This document shows positions 56,138 through 64,000 of a stretch of DNA of 64,000 nt, in pieces. The position numbers were made by a program, and so were the translations under genes. The stretch lies in NCBI GenBank assembly GCA_016187465.1, contig JACPJQ010000004.1, positions 176,806-240,805 of the forward strand, read 5' to 3'. Numbering within the stretch: the first letter of the stretch is position 1; every line of letters begins with the position of its first letter. This DNA comes from Candidatus Woesearchaeota archaeon. Lineage in GTDB: Archaea > Nanobdellota > Nanobdellia > Woesearchaeales > GW2011-AR4. The notes beneath the pieces are model-generated. The model was not told the origin of the DNA. It searched no databases and worked only from the letters and a program-made list of their open reading frames with translations.

Positions 56138-58114
56138 TCAGATTCTTAAATCCTTTACCACATAAACCCCCTCTAATTCATAATCAAGCTTTTTAAAATA
56201 TTCTTTCGCACCAATCCCCGCTAATACAACCATTTTATTTTTTCCATGCTGTTTTGCTGTTTCCTCAGCTTTTGTCATCAATTTTTTGCCTATGCCTCTA
56301 TGCTGAAAGCTATCATCTGACTTTTTACCTATCTGTACAGCAGCAGAATACACATGAATTTCTCTTATTAGTGCAGAATCTTTTGTTATTTCCTGCCTCA
56401 AGGATTGTGAAGGGAATCTTAATCTGCAATAGCCAAAAATTACATCATTTTCAATATCTTCCGCTGAAATGAAGAATTCTTTGCCTTTAGATGCTTCATA
56501 CTCCATAACTTTTATTTTGAGATTTTCTAAGTTAATATTTTTGTTTTGAATTGAATTTAATCCTGCTTCTCTACACCTTGTACATCTGCATTTAATTCTT
56601 TTTTCTTTGCATACTCTTTCTACATATTGTCTTAAGTTAGTCCTATCTACGCCAGATGATGTAACATAAGTTGGTATGTCGCGTTGTATCCTAACAATTC
56701 TTAAAAATTCAGGCACAAATCTTTTTGCCTCTGCAATTATTTCAGCAGCCTCTTTTGTCGTCAATGGATTGAATTTGCCAGCTTTCCAGTCGTCATAAAG
56801 CCTTGTGCCTTCCATTATCATGCACGGATAGATTTTCAGCATGTCCGGCATGTAATCTTGATTTTCAAACAATTGCCTTAGCCCATGCATATCCATTTCC
56901 TTTGTTGTTAATGGCAGCCCTGGCATGTAATGGCAGTTTATCTTGAAGCCCAAATCCTTCAAAACCCTTATTGATTCAATGTTGTCAGCAGCTGAATTGC
57001 CCCTGCTTGTTGCTTCAAGCACTTCGTCATAAATGCTCTGTACTCCAATCTCAACCCTTGTGCAGCCAAGCTCCAGCATCAGATTCCCGTGATAGAGCTT
57101 TCCGAAGTCGCTTTTTGTCTCTATGGTTAATCCAACACATCTTATGAAGGATGTTTCATTTTCTTTTTGAATCTGTTTTAATGCAAAGCTTTTATTGTTT
57201 TCATTCTGCATTTTTGATTGGATGTTTTTTATCGCCAATATGTTTGAATCAATTTTACCTGGAGATATTATTTGTGCTGATACCGTAATCTTTGCGTTAT
57301 TGTTTTCTATATCTCCTGATACATTACTCAATCGTCCATTACTAACACTTCCATTAAAAAAATCATTGTCTTCAAAAAACAAGCTTTCAATTTTTTTCCT
57401 ATTTTCATCGTCATTTAGATCCAAATTTTTTATGTAGACTAACTTTTGCTGTACTTTTTTGATCCTTTTATCGTCCTCGTCCAATTCCCTTGGCAGCTCG
57501 AAGAATTTCTTAAACCTAAAGAGGTCCAGATTACCATTACCATTAAAAAACAATTTTGAGAAGTCATTCATGGCTTTAAGCGCGTACTTGACAAAATATT
57601 CCTGGTATTCTCTTGGGAAAAATGTGAACGTGCCTCCCTGTATTATGATTTCAGCCTTGTCCGGAATCCTGCCCATCGCAACATAATGCTCCAGCCTGTT
57701 GAAAACAATAAAGTAAGGGTCGTAATTGTTTCTTATCGCTCTTCTTGTTGAAGGCTCTTTTCCAGTGTAGCTTTGCGGAACATTTCCAAAAGCAGAGCCT
57801 GGCCCGCCTGGGCAGTAAGAGCAGGGGCCTATTCCTTTCATTGTATGTGGGCAGGGATAGGGTTCTGACATCATGGCAATAGGTGCAACTCCGCTTATTG
57901 TCCGTACTGGCTTTAACGAGAGAATTTCTTTGAATTTTTTACGCTCTTCTTCAGAGGCTGCAAAATAAATATCGGCGTTTTTTGGTATGTGTTTTATCTC
58001 TGCTTGTGGCTTATACTTGTTAAGCACTCTTAACTTCACTTTATTTAAATCGCATTTAGTTTTTATATTGCCTTTTTCCAGTTCCTTGAGTATCTCAATA
58101 GAAATTTCCTTCAT
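56138..58114 (-). CDS. elp3: Elp3-like tRNA uridine(34) modification enzyme (radical SAM + GNAT) with low-complexity insertion
   Basis: Radical-SAM Cys cluster CPH...CSYCPGG. C-terminal GNAT block QHRGIGKKLM. An Asn/Ser-rich insert of about 100 aa is not present in compact Elp3s. Confidence 0.8.
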   Translation of the reverse strand: MKEISIEILKELEKGNIKTKCDLNKVKLRVLNKYKPQAEIKHIPKNADIYFAASEEERKKFKEILSLKPVRTISGVAPIAMMSEPYPCPHTMKGIGPCSYCPGGPGSAFGNVPQSYTGKEPSTRRAIRNNYDPYFIVFNRLEHYVAMGRIPDKAEIIIQGGTFTFFPREYQEYFVKYALKAMNDFSKLFFNGNGNLDLFRFKKFFELPRELDEDDKRIKKVQQKLVYIKNLDLNDDENRKKIESLFFEDNDFFNGSVSNGRLSNVSGDIENNNAKITVSAQIISPGKIDSNILAIKNIQSKMQNENNKSFALKQIQKENETSFIRCVGLTIETKSDFGKLYHGNLMLELGCTRVEIGVQSIYDEVLEATSRGNSAADNIESIRVLKDLGFKINCHYMPGLPLTTKEMDMHGLRQLFENQDYMPDMLKIYPCMIMEGTRLYDDWKAGKFNPLTTKEAAEIIAEAKRFVPEFLRIVRIQRDIPTYVTSSGVDRTNLRQYVERVCKEKRIKCRCTRCREAGLNSIQNKNINLENLKIKVMEYEASKGKEFFISAEDIENDVIFGYCRLRFPSQSLRQEITKDSALIREIHVYSAAVQIGKKSDDSFQHRGIGKKLMTKAEETAKQHGKNKMVVLAGIGAKEYFKKLDYELEGVYVVKDLRI

Positions 58115-58145
58115 ATGCTGATAGAAACAAACCCTATTTAAAAAT

Positions 58146-60770
58146 TTAATTCACATTTGCTTCATCTTTTGTCTTTAGGTATTTTGAAATCTCTATGATT
58201 ATTGAGCCAAGCGCTGAGATTGCAATAATAAAAATAAACTGCAATAAGCTTAGTCTTGCCAGGTCTATGAGGCTTCCGAATGAAGGTATAAAGATTCCGC
58301 TTGCCATTATCGCAAAAGAGCTGAGGAACGCAAGTATGAGGAACTTATTTTTGAAGTAACCTACCTTGTATGTCGGATAAATAGTTGAGCGTGATGAAAA
58401 AGATTGATATAACTCAAACATGCTAATTGTTAAGAAGCATGCTGTCTGGGCAATAAGCAGATTTTCAGGATACTTTTTTACAAACCAGACAAATACGCTT
58501 AATGCAGTTAGTGTAAGCACAATTGGATAATAAATCAGGAATGCGTTAAGGTCTTTATAGATGGGCTCATTTTGCTTTCTGGGCTTTCTTGACATTGCGT
58601 TCGGCTCAAAGGGGTCTGCGCTTAAAGCAAGAGCCGGCAATCCGTCTGTCACTAAATTGATGAGCAGAATTTGAGTTGCCGTTAACGGCATAGGCAAACC
58701 AATTAAAATTCCTATGAAGATAATCAAAACTTCTGCTATGTTGCCGCTTAGAAGGAATCCTAGGTACTTTCTTATGTTGTTGTATATCCCCCTGCCCTCT
58801 TCAACAGCATTGACTATGGATGCAAAGTTATCATCTATGAGTATCATCGAGCTTGCTTCCTTGCTGACATCAGTGCCGCTGATTCCCATTGCTATACCGA
58901 TATCGGCCTTTTTCAGCGCCGGGGCATCATTCACCCCATCGCCTGTCATGGCCACAGTATGGCCGTTCTTCTGCAATGCCTCAATAATCCTGATTTTATG
59001 CTCCGGATTCACTCTTGCGAAAATGGCCACTTGCTCGACAATTTCATGAAGATTTTTTATGCCATCAATCTGTTGGCCCGTGATAACCTTTCCCGCTAAT
59101 CCAAGTTCCCTGGCAACCGCATTGGCTGTCAGGGCGTGGTCGCCAGTTATCATTATCACTTTTATGCCCGCTTTTTTGCATTTCTCGACCGCAGCCTTGA
59201 CTTCCTCCCTTGGAGGATCAATCATTGCCTGAAGCCCGGCAAAAATCAGGTTTTTTTCAGGCTCTGCGTTTGTCATTGTTTTATATGCAAAACCAAGAAC
59301 CCTGAGCGCATCATTTGCAAACTCCCGGTTGATTTCAAGAATCTCTTTTTTTTCATTTTCAGTGAGCTTTTTTACCTTGCCGCTTATGCTTATGTAGCTG
59401 CAAAGCTTCAATACCACTTCAGGAGCGCCTTTGACATAGGAAACTTTTTCTCCATGGTGCTCATGCACAGTAGTCATCATTTTTCTTTCGCTTGTGAATT
59501 CGATTTCATCAACTCTTGGCATTTCTATCTCTAAATCCTCCTTGATGATTCCAGCTTTTGCAGCGCTCACAATCAGTGCCCCTTCTGTAGGGTCCCCAAA
59601 TATGCTGCCTTCCTTCAGATCTGCATTGTTGTTCAGCGCTCCAATCGTCAGCAGGAGCTCAAGATCGTCAGATTTTACAGGCTTATTCTTCCACGTGAAC
59701 TGCCCTTTTGTTTCATATCCTATTCCGCTTACATCGATTATTTTTCCGTTTGCAAAAATCTTGACGACCGTCATCTGGTTTGCTGTCAAGGTGCCTGTCT
59801 TGTCAGAGCAAATCACAGTTGTTGAGCCAAGAGTCTCGACACTTGGCAGCCTTCTTACCAAGGCGTTTCTTTTGAGCATTCTCTGGGTGCCTATAGCCAA
59901 TGAAATTGTGACAACAGCAGGCAGCCCTTCCGGAATAGCTGCAACAGCAAGTGAAACAGATGTAAGCAGCATCACATTCCATGATGCCTTGTGGACAAGC
60001 ATTCCTACAACAAATACAATGACTGCAATTCCAATTGTGGCTTTGCCGAGCAGTTTGCCAAGCCCATCCATTCTCTTCTGCAAGGGGGTCAGTTCAGGCT
60101 CAACATCCTCTATCATCTTGGCTATCTTGCCAATCTCTGTCTTCATGGCTGTTTGGACAACAACAGCCTTTGCCCTTCCGCTCACAACAATAGTCCCTGA
60201 GAAAACCGTGTTCTTCATGTCAGCTATTGGTGTTTTTTCTGGAAGAACCTCTGTGTTTTTCTTTACAGGCTGTGACTCTCCGGTCAATGCTGCTTCATGG
60301 GTTTGCAAATTGAAGACTTCTATTAATCTTGCATCAGCGGGAACTTTGTTGCCGGTCTCCAGAATTATAATGTCTCCGGGAACAAGAAGCTTTGAGTCAA
60401 TGTCTTTTTTTTGGCCGTCCCTGACGACATTGGCTCTCAAAGATGTTAGTTTTTTCAGCGCCTCAATCGATTTTTCCGCCCTGTACTCCTCAAAAAATCC
60501 CAGAACGGCGATAAGAATAATAATGATTAATATGACAATTGCGTCTATCCATTCACCCAAGAAGGCAGAAACAACAGTTGCAAATATCAGAATCCAGATT
60601 ACAATGCTCTTGAACTGCCCTATGAATATTTCAAAAGCGGAAATCTTTTTTCCTTCCTTTATTTCATTTAGGCCGTATTCTTTCAGCCTGTTTTCCGCTT
60701 CCTGCTGCGACAGTCCTTTGTCTGTTGTGTTTAATTCCCTCAATACCTGCTCTGTTGTTTTGGAGTACAT
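58146..60770 (-). CDS. P-type ATPase, type IIA (SERCA-like Ca2+/cation pump)
   Basis: DKTGTLT phosphorylation site. IPEGLPA in TM4. [21 protein letters not shown] hinge. Confidence 0.95.
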   Translation of the reverse strand: MYSKTTEQVLRELNTTDKGLSQQEAENRLKEYGLNEIKEGKKISAFEIFIGQFKSIVIWILIFATVVSAFLGEWIDAIVILIIIILIAVLGFFEEYRAEKSIEALKKLTSLRANVVRDGQKKDIDSKLLVPGDIIILETGNKVPADARLIEVFNLQTHEAALTGESQPVKKNTEVLPEKTPIADMKNTVFSGTIVVSGRAKAVVVQTAMKTEIGKIAKMIEDVEPELTPLQKRMDGLGKLLGKATIGIAVIVFVVGMLVHKASWNVMLLTSVSLAVAAIPEGLPAVVTISLAIGTQRMLKRNALVRRLPSVETLGSTTVICSDKTGTLTANQMTVVKIFANGKIIDVSGIGYETKGQFTWKNKPVKSDDLELLLTIGALNNNADLKEGSIFGDPTEGALIVSAAKAGIIKEDLEIEMPRVDEIEFTSERKMMTTVHEHHGEKVSYVKGAPEVVLKLCSYISISGKVKKLTENEKKEILEINREFANDALRVLGFAYKTMTNAEPEKNLIFAGLQAMIDPPREEVKAAVEKCKKAGIKVIMITGDHALTANAVARELGLAGKVITGQQIDGIKNLHEIVEQVAIFARVNPEHKIRIIEALQKNGHTVAMTGDGVNDAPALKKADIGIAMGISGTDVSKEASSMILIDDNFASIVNAVEEGRGIYNNIRKYLGFLLSGNIAEVLIIFIGILIGLPMPLTATQILLINLVTDGLPALALSADPFEPNAMSRKPRKQNEPIYKDLNAFLIYYPIVLTLTALSVFVWFVKKYPENLLIAQTACFLTISMFELYQSFSSRSTIYPTYKVGYFKNKFLILAFLSSFAIMASGIFIPSFGSLIDLARLSLLQFIFIIAISALGSIIIEISKYLKTKDEANVN

Positions 60771-60772
60771 AC

Positions 60773-61111
60773 CTAGAAATAACTGCCGGTATTGCTTACA
60801 TTGTCCTCTTTTGGCTTTGTTTTCATGTCCTTAAGCTTTATTATGAAGTATTCCAGGCAGTCCAGCCCGCAGAAGCTTGCCTTTTTCTTGAAGTCATCAG
60901 GCCCGAATACCAAAGTGTAGTTGCTAGTCCTATAGAAGTTCAGGCTGTTTGAGCACGTTGCGCATATCTTTTCGTGCTCTTTCAGCTTCCGTTTTATCTT
61001 CTCTTCCAGCAGCCTTTTCAATGTTATTGCGCCGCTGTCCAAGTCGCTCTTGAAGCGCATCAGCTCGTTGTAATCCAATATGTCCATAACCTCCTCAAAC
61101 CTTCTGCTCAT
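60773..61111 (-). CDS. hypothetical protein with CxxC...C...C cluster
   Basis: 112 aa (CATCSN...CGLDC). Start is 3 nt after the ATPase gene end, suggesting a possible operon. Confidence 0.4.
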   Translation of the reverse strand: MSRRFEEVMDILDYNELMRFKSDLDSGAITLKRLLEEKIKRKLKEHEKICATCSNSLNFYRTSNYTLVFGPDDFKKKASFCGLDCLEYFIIKLKDMKTKPKEDNVSNTGSYF

Positions 61112-61279
61112 TTACCTCACCTCATTTGTTTTTGTTTTTTAATTTATATTTTGATTTTAATTTCTTGATTTTGTCAATGTTCAATAGTTATTGAATTTTT
61201 TAATCCGTGCTTCGCACAAATTTACAGCTCGGCTTTCGCTTGTCGCCATTGCGCTCAAGCCTCGCCTATTGATACAATA

Positions 61280-61450
61280 TTACTTTCCACCTCCTTCCTC
61301 GAACTTTATGTACCAGCTGTTTGCCTGTTCGTCATAGGCGAAAATGACGTTGTATCTCTTGCTTTTGTCAAGCGCGAAAAGAAGCGGCATCGGAATTGTA
61401 GTCTCGTAGCTGGAGCCTCGCTTGTAAAGCTTCCTTTTGAATTCTACCAT
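61280..61450 (-). CDS. AbrB/MazE/SpoVT-type swapped-hairpin small DNA-binding protein (56 aa)
   Basis: MVEFKRKLYKRGSSYETTIPMPLLFAL fits the [KR]xGxSxxxxIP pattern. Too short for the ORF track. Confidence 0.4.
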   Translation of the reverse strand: MVEFKRKLYKRGSSYETTIPMPLLFALDKSKRYNVIFAYDEQANSWYIKFEEGGGK

Positions 61451-61831
61451 ATTTACTTATTTTTATACTTTTTTAATTACTTATTTATAAGGTTTCCTAT
61501 TTTCATTAATCATCAAGGCAGAAAATTATACTTATTTTATAACTTATTTAAATACTTATTTATTTTGAGAAGGGCTCTGTCGCATTTTCATTAACCCATT
61601 TAGTCCAATTCAGAGATTTAATACCCTCTTCACTTAACCTTATACAAATTCTCAAAAAAACCGCTGGATTCGGAAACCAAAGGCTGGACAAATACAAACA
61701 GAACTATCAAAATCACCAAAATCACAATTAAAATCCAGACCTGTCTCCAGCCCATAACAGCTATATTCTGATTGAATGTATTTAAGCCTTTCCCAACAAT
61801 ATTTTTAAACTGCTCCGTAATCTTAAACCGA

Positions 61832-62647
61832 ATGAAAATTGCCATCATTGCTTCTTCCAAAGACCCGGCAGGAATCAATATCCGGAACAATCTGATTGAA
61901 GTGTTTGATTTTAAAAAAGTTAATGAGAAATTTGACAATAACGACATATTCCAATGCGATAAAATCAAAAATATAAAATTATACCTGACAAATGATGATC
62001 TGATTTTTTCGGAGAATATTGACAAAAGAATCAACGCAGACATTCTTGTCTTTGCTTCAAAACACAGAAGCAAGGAAAACACGCCGAGTTTTACTGTTCA
62101 TCCAATAGGAAACTGGGGTAAAGCTGAACTCGGCGGTAAAGAAAGAACACTTTGTTTTTCGTCGGCAACTTTTTTAAAAAATTTGTTTATTGAGTTAGAT
62201 AATAATGAAAAAGACGGTTATGAAACAACTTTGGAGGCAACGCATCACGGCCCTTACACTGAAAAGCCTTCTATTTTTGTGGAGATTGGAAGCACTGAAA
62301 AGGAATGGAATGACAAAGAAAATGGCAAGATCATTGCAAAAACAATAATGGATTCAATAAAAAATCAAAATCAAGATTATAAGATTGCGGTTGGAATCGG
62401 CGGCCCGCATTACTGCGATAATTTCAACAAGATTGTTTTGAAGACAGATATTGCACTTTCGCATATATGCCCAAAATACCAATTGGAAAACCTGAATGAG
62501 GGTATAATAAAACAATCAATTGAAAAAACAGCGGAAAAAGTGGATTTTGCACTGCTGGACTGGAAAGGACTCGGGACAGAAAAGCAAAGGATTGTGGAAA
62601 TATTAAAAAAATTGAATGTAGAATTCAGAAGAACAGAACAGGTTTAG
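61832..62647 (+). CDS. dtdA: D-aminoacyl-tRNA deacylase, archaeal type (DtdA-like)
   Basis: MKIAIIASSKDPAGINIRNNLIE N-terminus and size of about 270 aa match archaeal DTD. Start set at the internal Met. Confidence 0.6.
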   Translation: MKIAIIASSKDPAGINIRNNLIEVFDFKKVNEKFDNNDIFQCDKIKNIKLYLTNDDLIFSENIDKRINADILVFASKHRSKENTPSFTVHPIGNWGKAELGGKERTLCFSSATFLKNLFIELDNNEKDGYETTLEATHHGPYTEKPSIFVEIGSTEKEWNDKENGKIIAKTIMDSIKNQNQDYKIAVGIGGPHYCDNFNKIVLKTDIALSHICPKYQLENLNEGIIKQSIEKTAEKVDFALLDWKGLGTEKQRIVEILKKLNVEFRRTEQV

Positions 62648-62689
62648 AAGTAGAAAGGTTTAAATATCAGTGTGTATTGGGTGTGTATT

Positions 62690-62998
62690 ATGTCTGAAGT
62701 ACAAAGAATAAACATAACATTGCCTAAGAAACTTGTGCAAAAAACAAAGGTTTTGATAGACGAAGGACTCTATTCTAATTTCTCAGAGCTTGTGAGAGAA
62801 AGCATAAAGAATGAGATCTTGCTTGACCAAAGCCTAATCGAGAAAAAAAGAATTCTGGATAAATGGTTCAAGGAAGAAGAAGGAAAAGGTTACGACACCT
62901 CCAATTTAACTCGGGAAGAATTAATTAAACGAATAAGGAAAACAAGAGACGAGCTTTGGGACGAGAAGTACAAATCGTGGTTTGAGGGGCTAAGTTGA
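62690..62998 (+). CDS. ribbon-helix-helix antitoxin (CopG/ParD-like)
   Basis: RINITLPKKLVQKTKVLIDEGLYSNFSELVRESIKNEI. 4-nt overlap with the downstream PIN gene. Confidence 0.6.
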   Translation: MSEVQRINITLPKKLVQKTKVLIDEGLYSNFSELVRESIKNEILLDQSLIEKKRILDKWFKEEEGKGYDTSNLTREELIKRIRKTRDELWDEKYKSWFEGLS

Positions 62999-63387
62999 TA
63001 CTAGTTTTGGACAGCAATGAGTATATAAGCTATTTAGAGAAAAAATCAAAAATTCTTAATGAAATATTTGCAAATGAAGAAATAACCATATGCATTAACG
63101 AAGTTATTGTTAAAGAAATCTTGAGGAATATCGATGAGCGCAAAAGCAAAGAGTTTTATTCTCTTCTTTACAGACACAAAATTGTTGCTTATAATAAAAA
63201 ATTATCATTAGATTTGCTCCAGAAATACAAAGACTTTGGCTTAAAAAAAGGAGACATAGCAATAGCGGCTTTTTGCGAGGCGATGGATGCAGATCACATT
63301 ATTACAGAAAACAGGCATTTCTTGAAGTCAAAGAAATTTGAATTTAAAGTTTTGAGCTTGAGGAAATTTATTGGTGAATTGAGATGA
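62995..63387 (+). CDS. PIN-domain ribonuclease toxin (VapC-like)
   Basis: ILVLDSN (first Asp) ... GDIAIAAFCEAMDADHIITEN (C-terminal acidic residues). Size 130 aa. Confidence 0.65.
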   Translation: MILVLDSNEYISYLEKKSKILNEIFANEEITICINEVIVKEILRNIDERKSKEFYSLLYRHKIVAYNKKLSLDLLQKYKDFGLKKGDIAIAAFCEAMDADHIITENRHFLKSKKFEFKVLSLRKFIGELR

Positions 63388-63409
63388 GCAGGATAAGGAT
63401 TTTGAGGAA

Positions 63410-64000
63410 TTAGGCTGCTCTACTAAAAGTTCCTTCTTCTTCAACTATAAGCTGATATTGTTGTTTAACAAATTTAAGCTTTTGTTCTGATATCTCCTCC
63501 TCCAATCTCAATGTACCTCCAAGTTCTTCAAATAGTAAATTTATTTCAGCCACATCTGCTTTTGTTGCTGCGTATCTGTAAGGAAGTTCTTCCCCAATTG
63601 GTTTTGTGCCTTCCGATAGATGCTCAATTAATCCCTGCCTTGCAACACTCCAATAATTTCGGATGTTGCTTAATATAGCTTCTTCTCTTTTAATAGGGAT
63701 ATTACTCTTAATTAATTTTTCCAAATAATTTATTAAAACTATGACTGCCTGAATAAGATAAATTGATTCCCCTCCTATTTGAATTTGAGTAGTATTGCCT
63801 ATTTTTTGTAAATTCTTGTGAATATCCAATAATTTTCTTATAATTTTCTTTATTATTTTTCTCTCTTTACTTTCCATTGAAAGCTCTTTTTCTGTGAGAT
63901 CTTCTTCTTTTTTTTCTATCCCTAATTCTTGTTCTTCCTCCGTTATGCGAGATCCTCTTCCAAACGATTTGAATATTCTAAATAAGATGTAAAGAATGAT
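63410..64000 (-). CDS. hypothetical protein, possible HEPN-like (Rx5H), 5' end beyond window
   Basis: The frame stays open from MESKERK (63877) upstream to the window edge, so the ORF is likely partial. A RQGLIEH motif is present. This is a weak call. Confidence 0.3.
   Translation of the reverse strand: MILYILFRIFKSFGRGSRITEEEQELGIEKKEEDLTEKELSMESKERKIIKKIIRKLLDIHKNLQKIGNTTQIQIGGESIYLIQAVIVLINYLEKLIKSNIPIKREEAILSNIRNYWSVARQGLIEHLSEGTKPIGEELPYRYAATKADVAEINLLFEELGGTLRLEEEISEQKLKFVKQQYQLIVEEEGTFSRAA

Noticed and set aside
59494-60834. 446-aa ORF on the plus strand
   Set aside because: It is fully antisense to the P-type ATPase gene, which has intact DKTGTLT and TGDGVNDAP motifs. The antisense product is Ser/Thr/Ala/Ile-rich low complexity. 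It is a shadow ORF.
1-64000. CRISPR array or cas genes
   Set aside because: No run of regularly spaced direct repeats was seen, and no Cas-like ORF. The CARF-wHTH regulator is therefore an orphan.

Overview
This window is a low-GC genome segment that I read as archaeal, probably a small-genome DPANN-like lineage. The archaeal call rests on a TFE-alpha-like factor, an archaeal-type AlaRS with an N-terminal zinc motif, Elp3, a DtdA-type deacylase, a NreA-like protein and a tRNA carrying a BHB-type intron. Coding density is high on both strands. Housekeeping genes include AlaRS, SMC, family X DNA polymerase (PolX), TruD, an NSUN RNA methyltransferase, Elp3, glutamate dehydrogenase, malic enzyme, GAPDH, adenylate kinase, thioredoxin reductase, a SERCA-like P-type ATPase and a CPA2 antiporter. 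Accessory content falls into seven groups. (1) Two paralogous three-gene extracytoplasmic thiol-disulfide modules (thioredoxin-fold / CcdA / thioredoxin-fold). One CcdA copy appears circularly permuted, one thioredoxin is fused to a methionine-rich domain, and another is fused to a DUF3179-like CPLC domain. (2) A metal-homeostasis neighbourhood: an FTR1-like iron permease, a DUF1059-like small metal-binding protein, and an ArsR/SmtB regulator followed by a 44-aa peptide with 9 Cys (metallothionein-like), a CPFC membrane protein and a zinc-ribbon mini-protein. (3) A convergent type II restriction-modification pair in an AT-rich island. (4) A roughly 2.6-kb IS1-like element with 19-25 bp terminal inverted repeats that carries an RHH gene and two passenger ORFs. 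(5) A full sigma-54 enhancer-binding-protein homologue with a GAFTSA motif, unexpected in an archaeon. (6) A membrane-anchored lytic transglycosylase (SLT domain). (7) A 182-nt GC-rich structured ncRNA candidate, an intron-containing tRNA-Thr(UGU) candidate, and an RHH-PIN toxin-antitoxin pair. All calls rest on motif-level reading of the supplied translations. No database searches were run.
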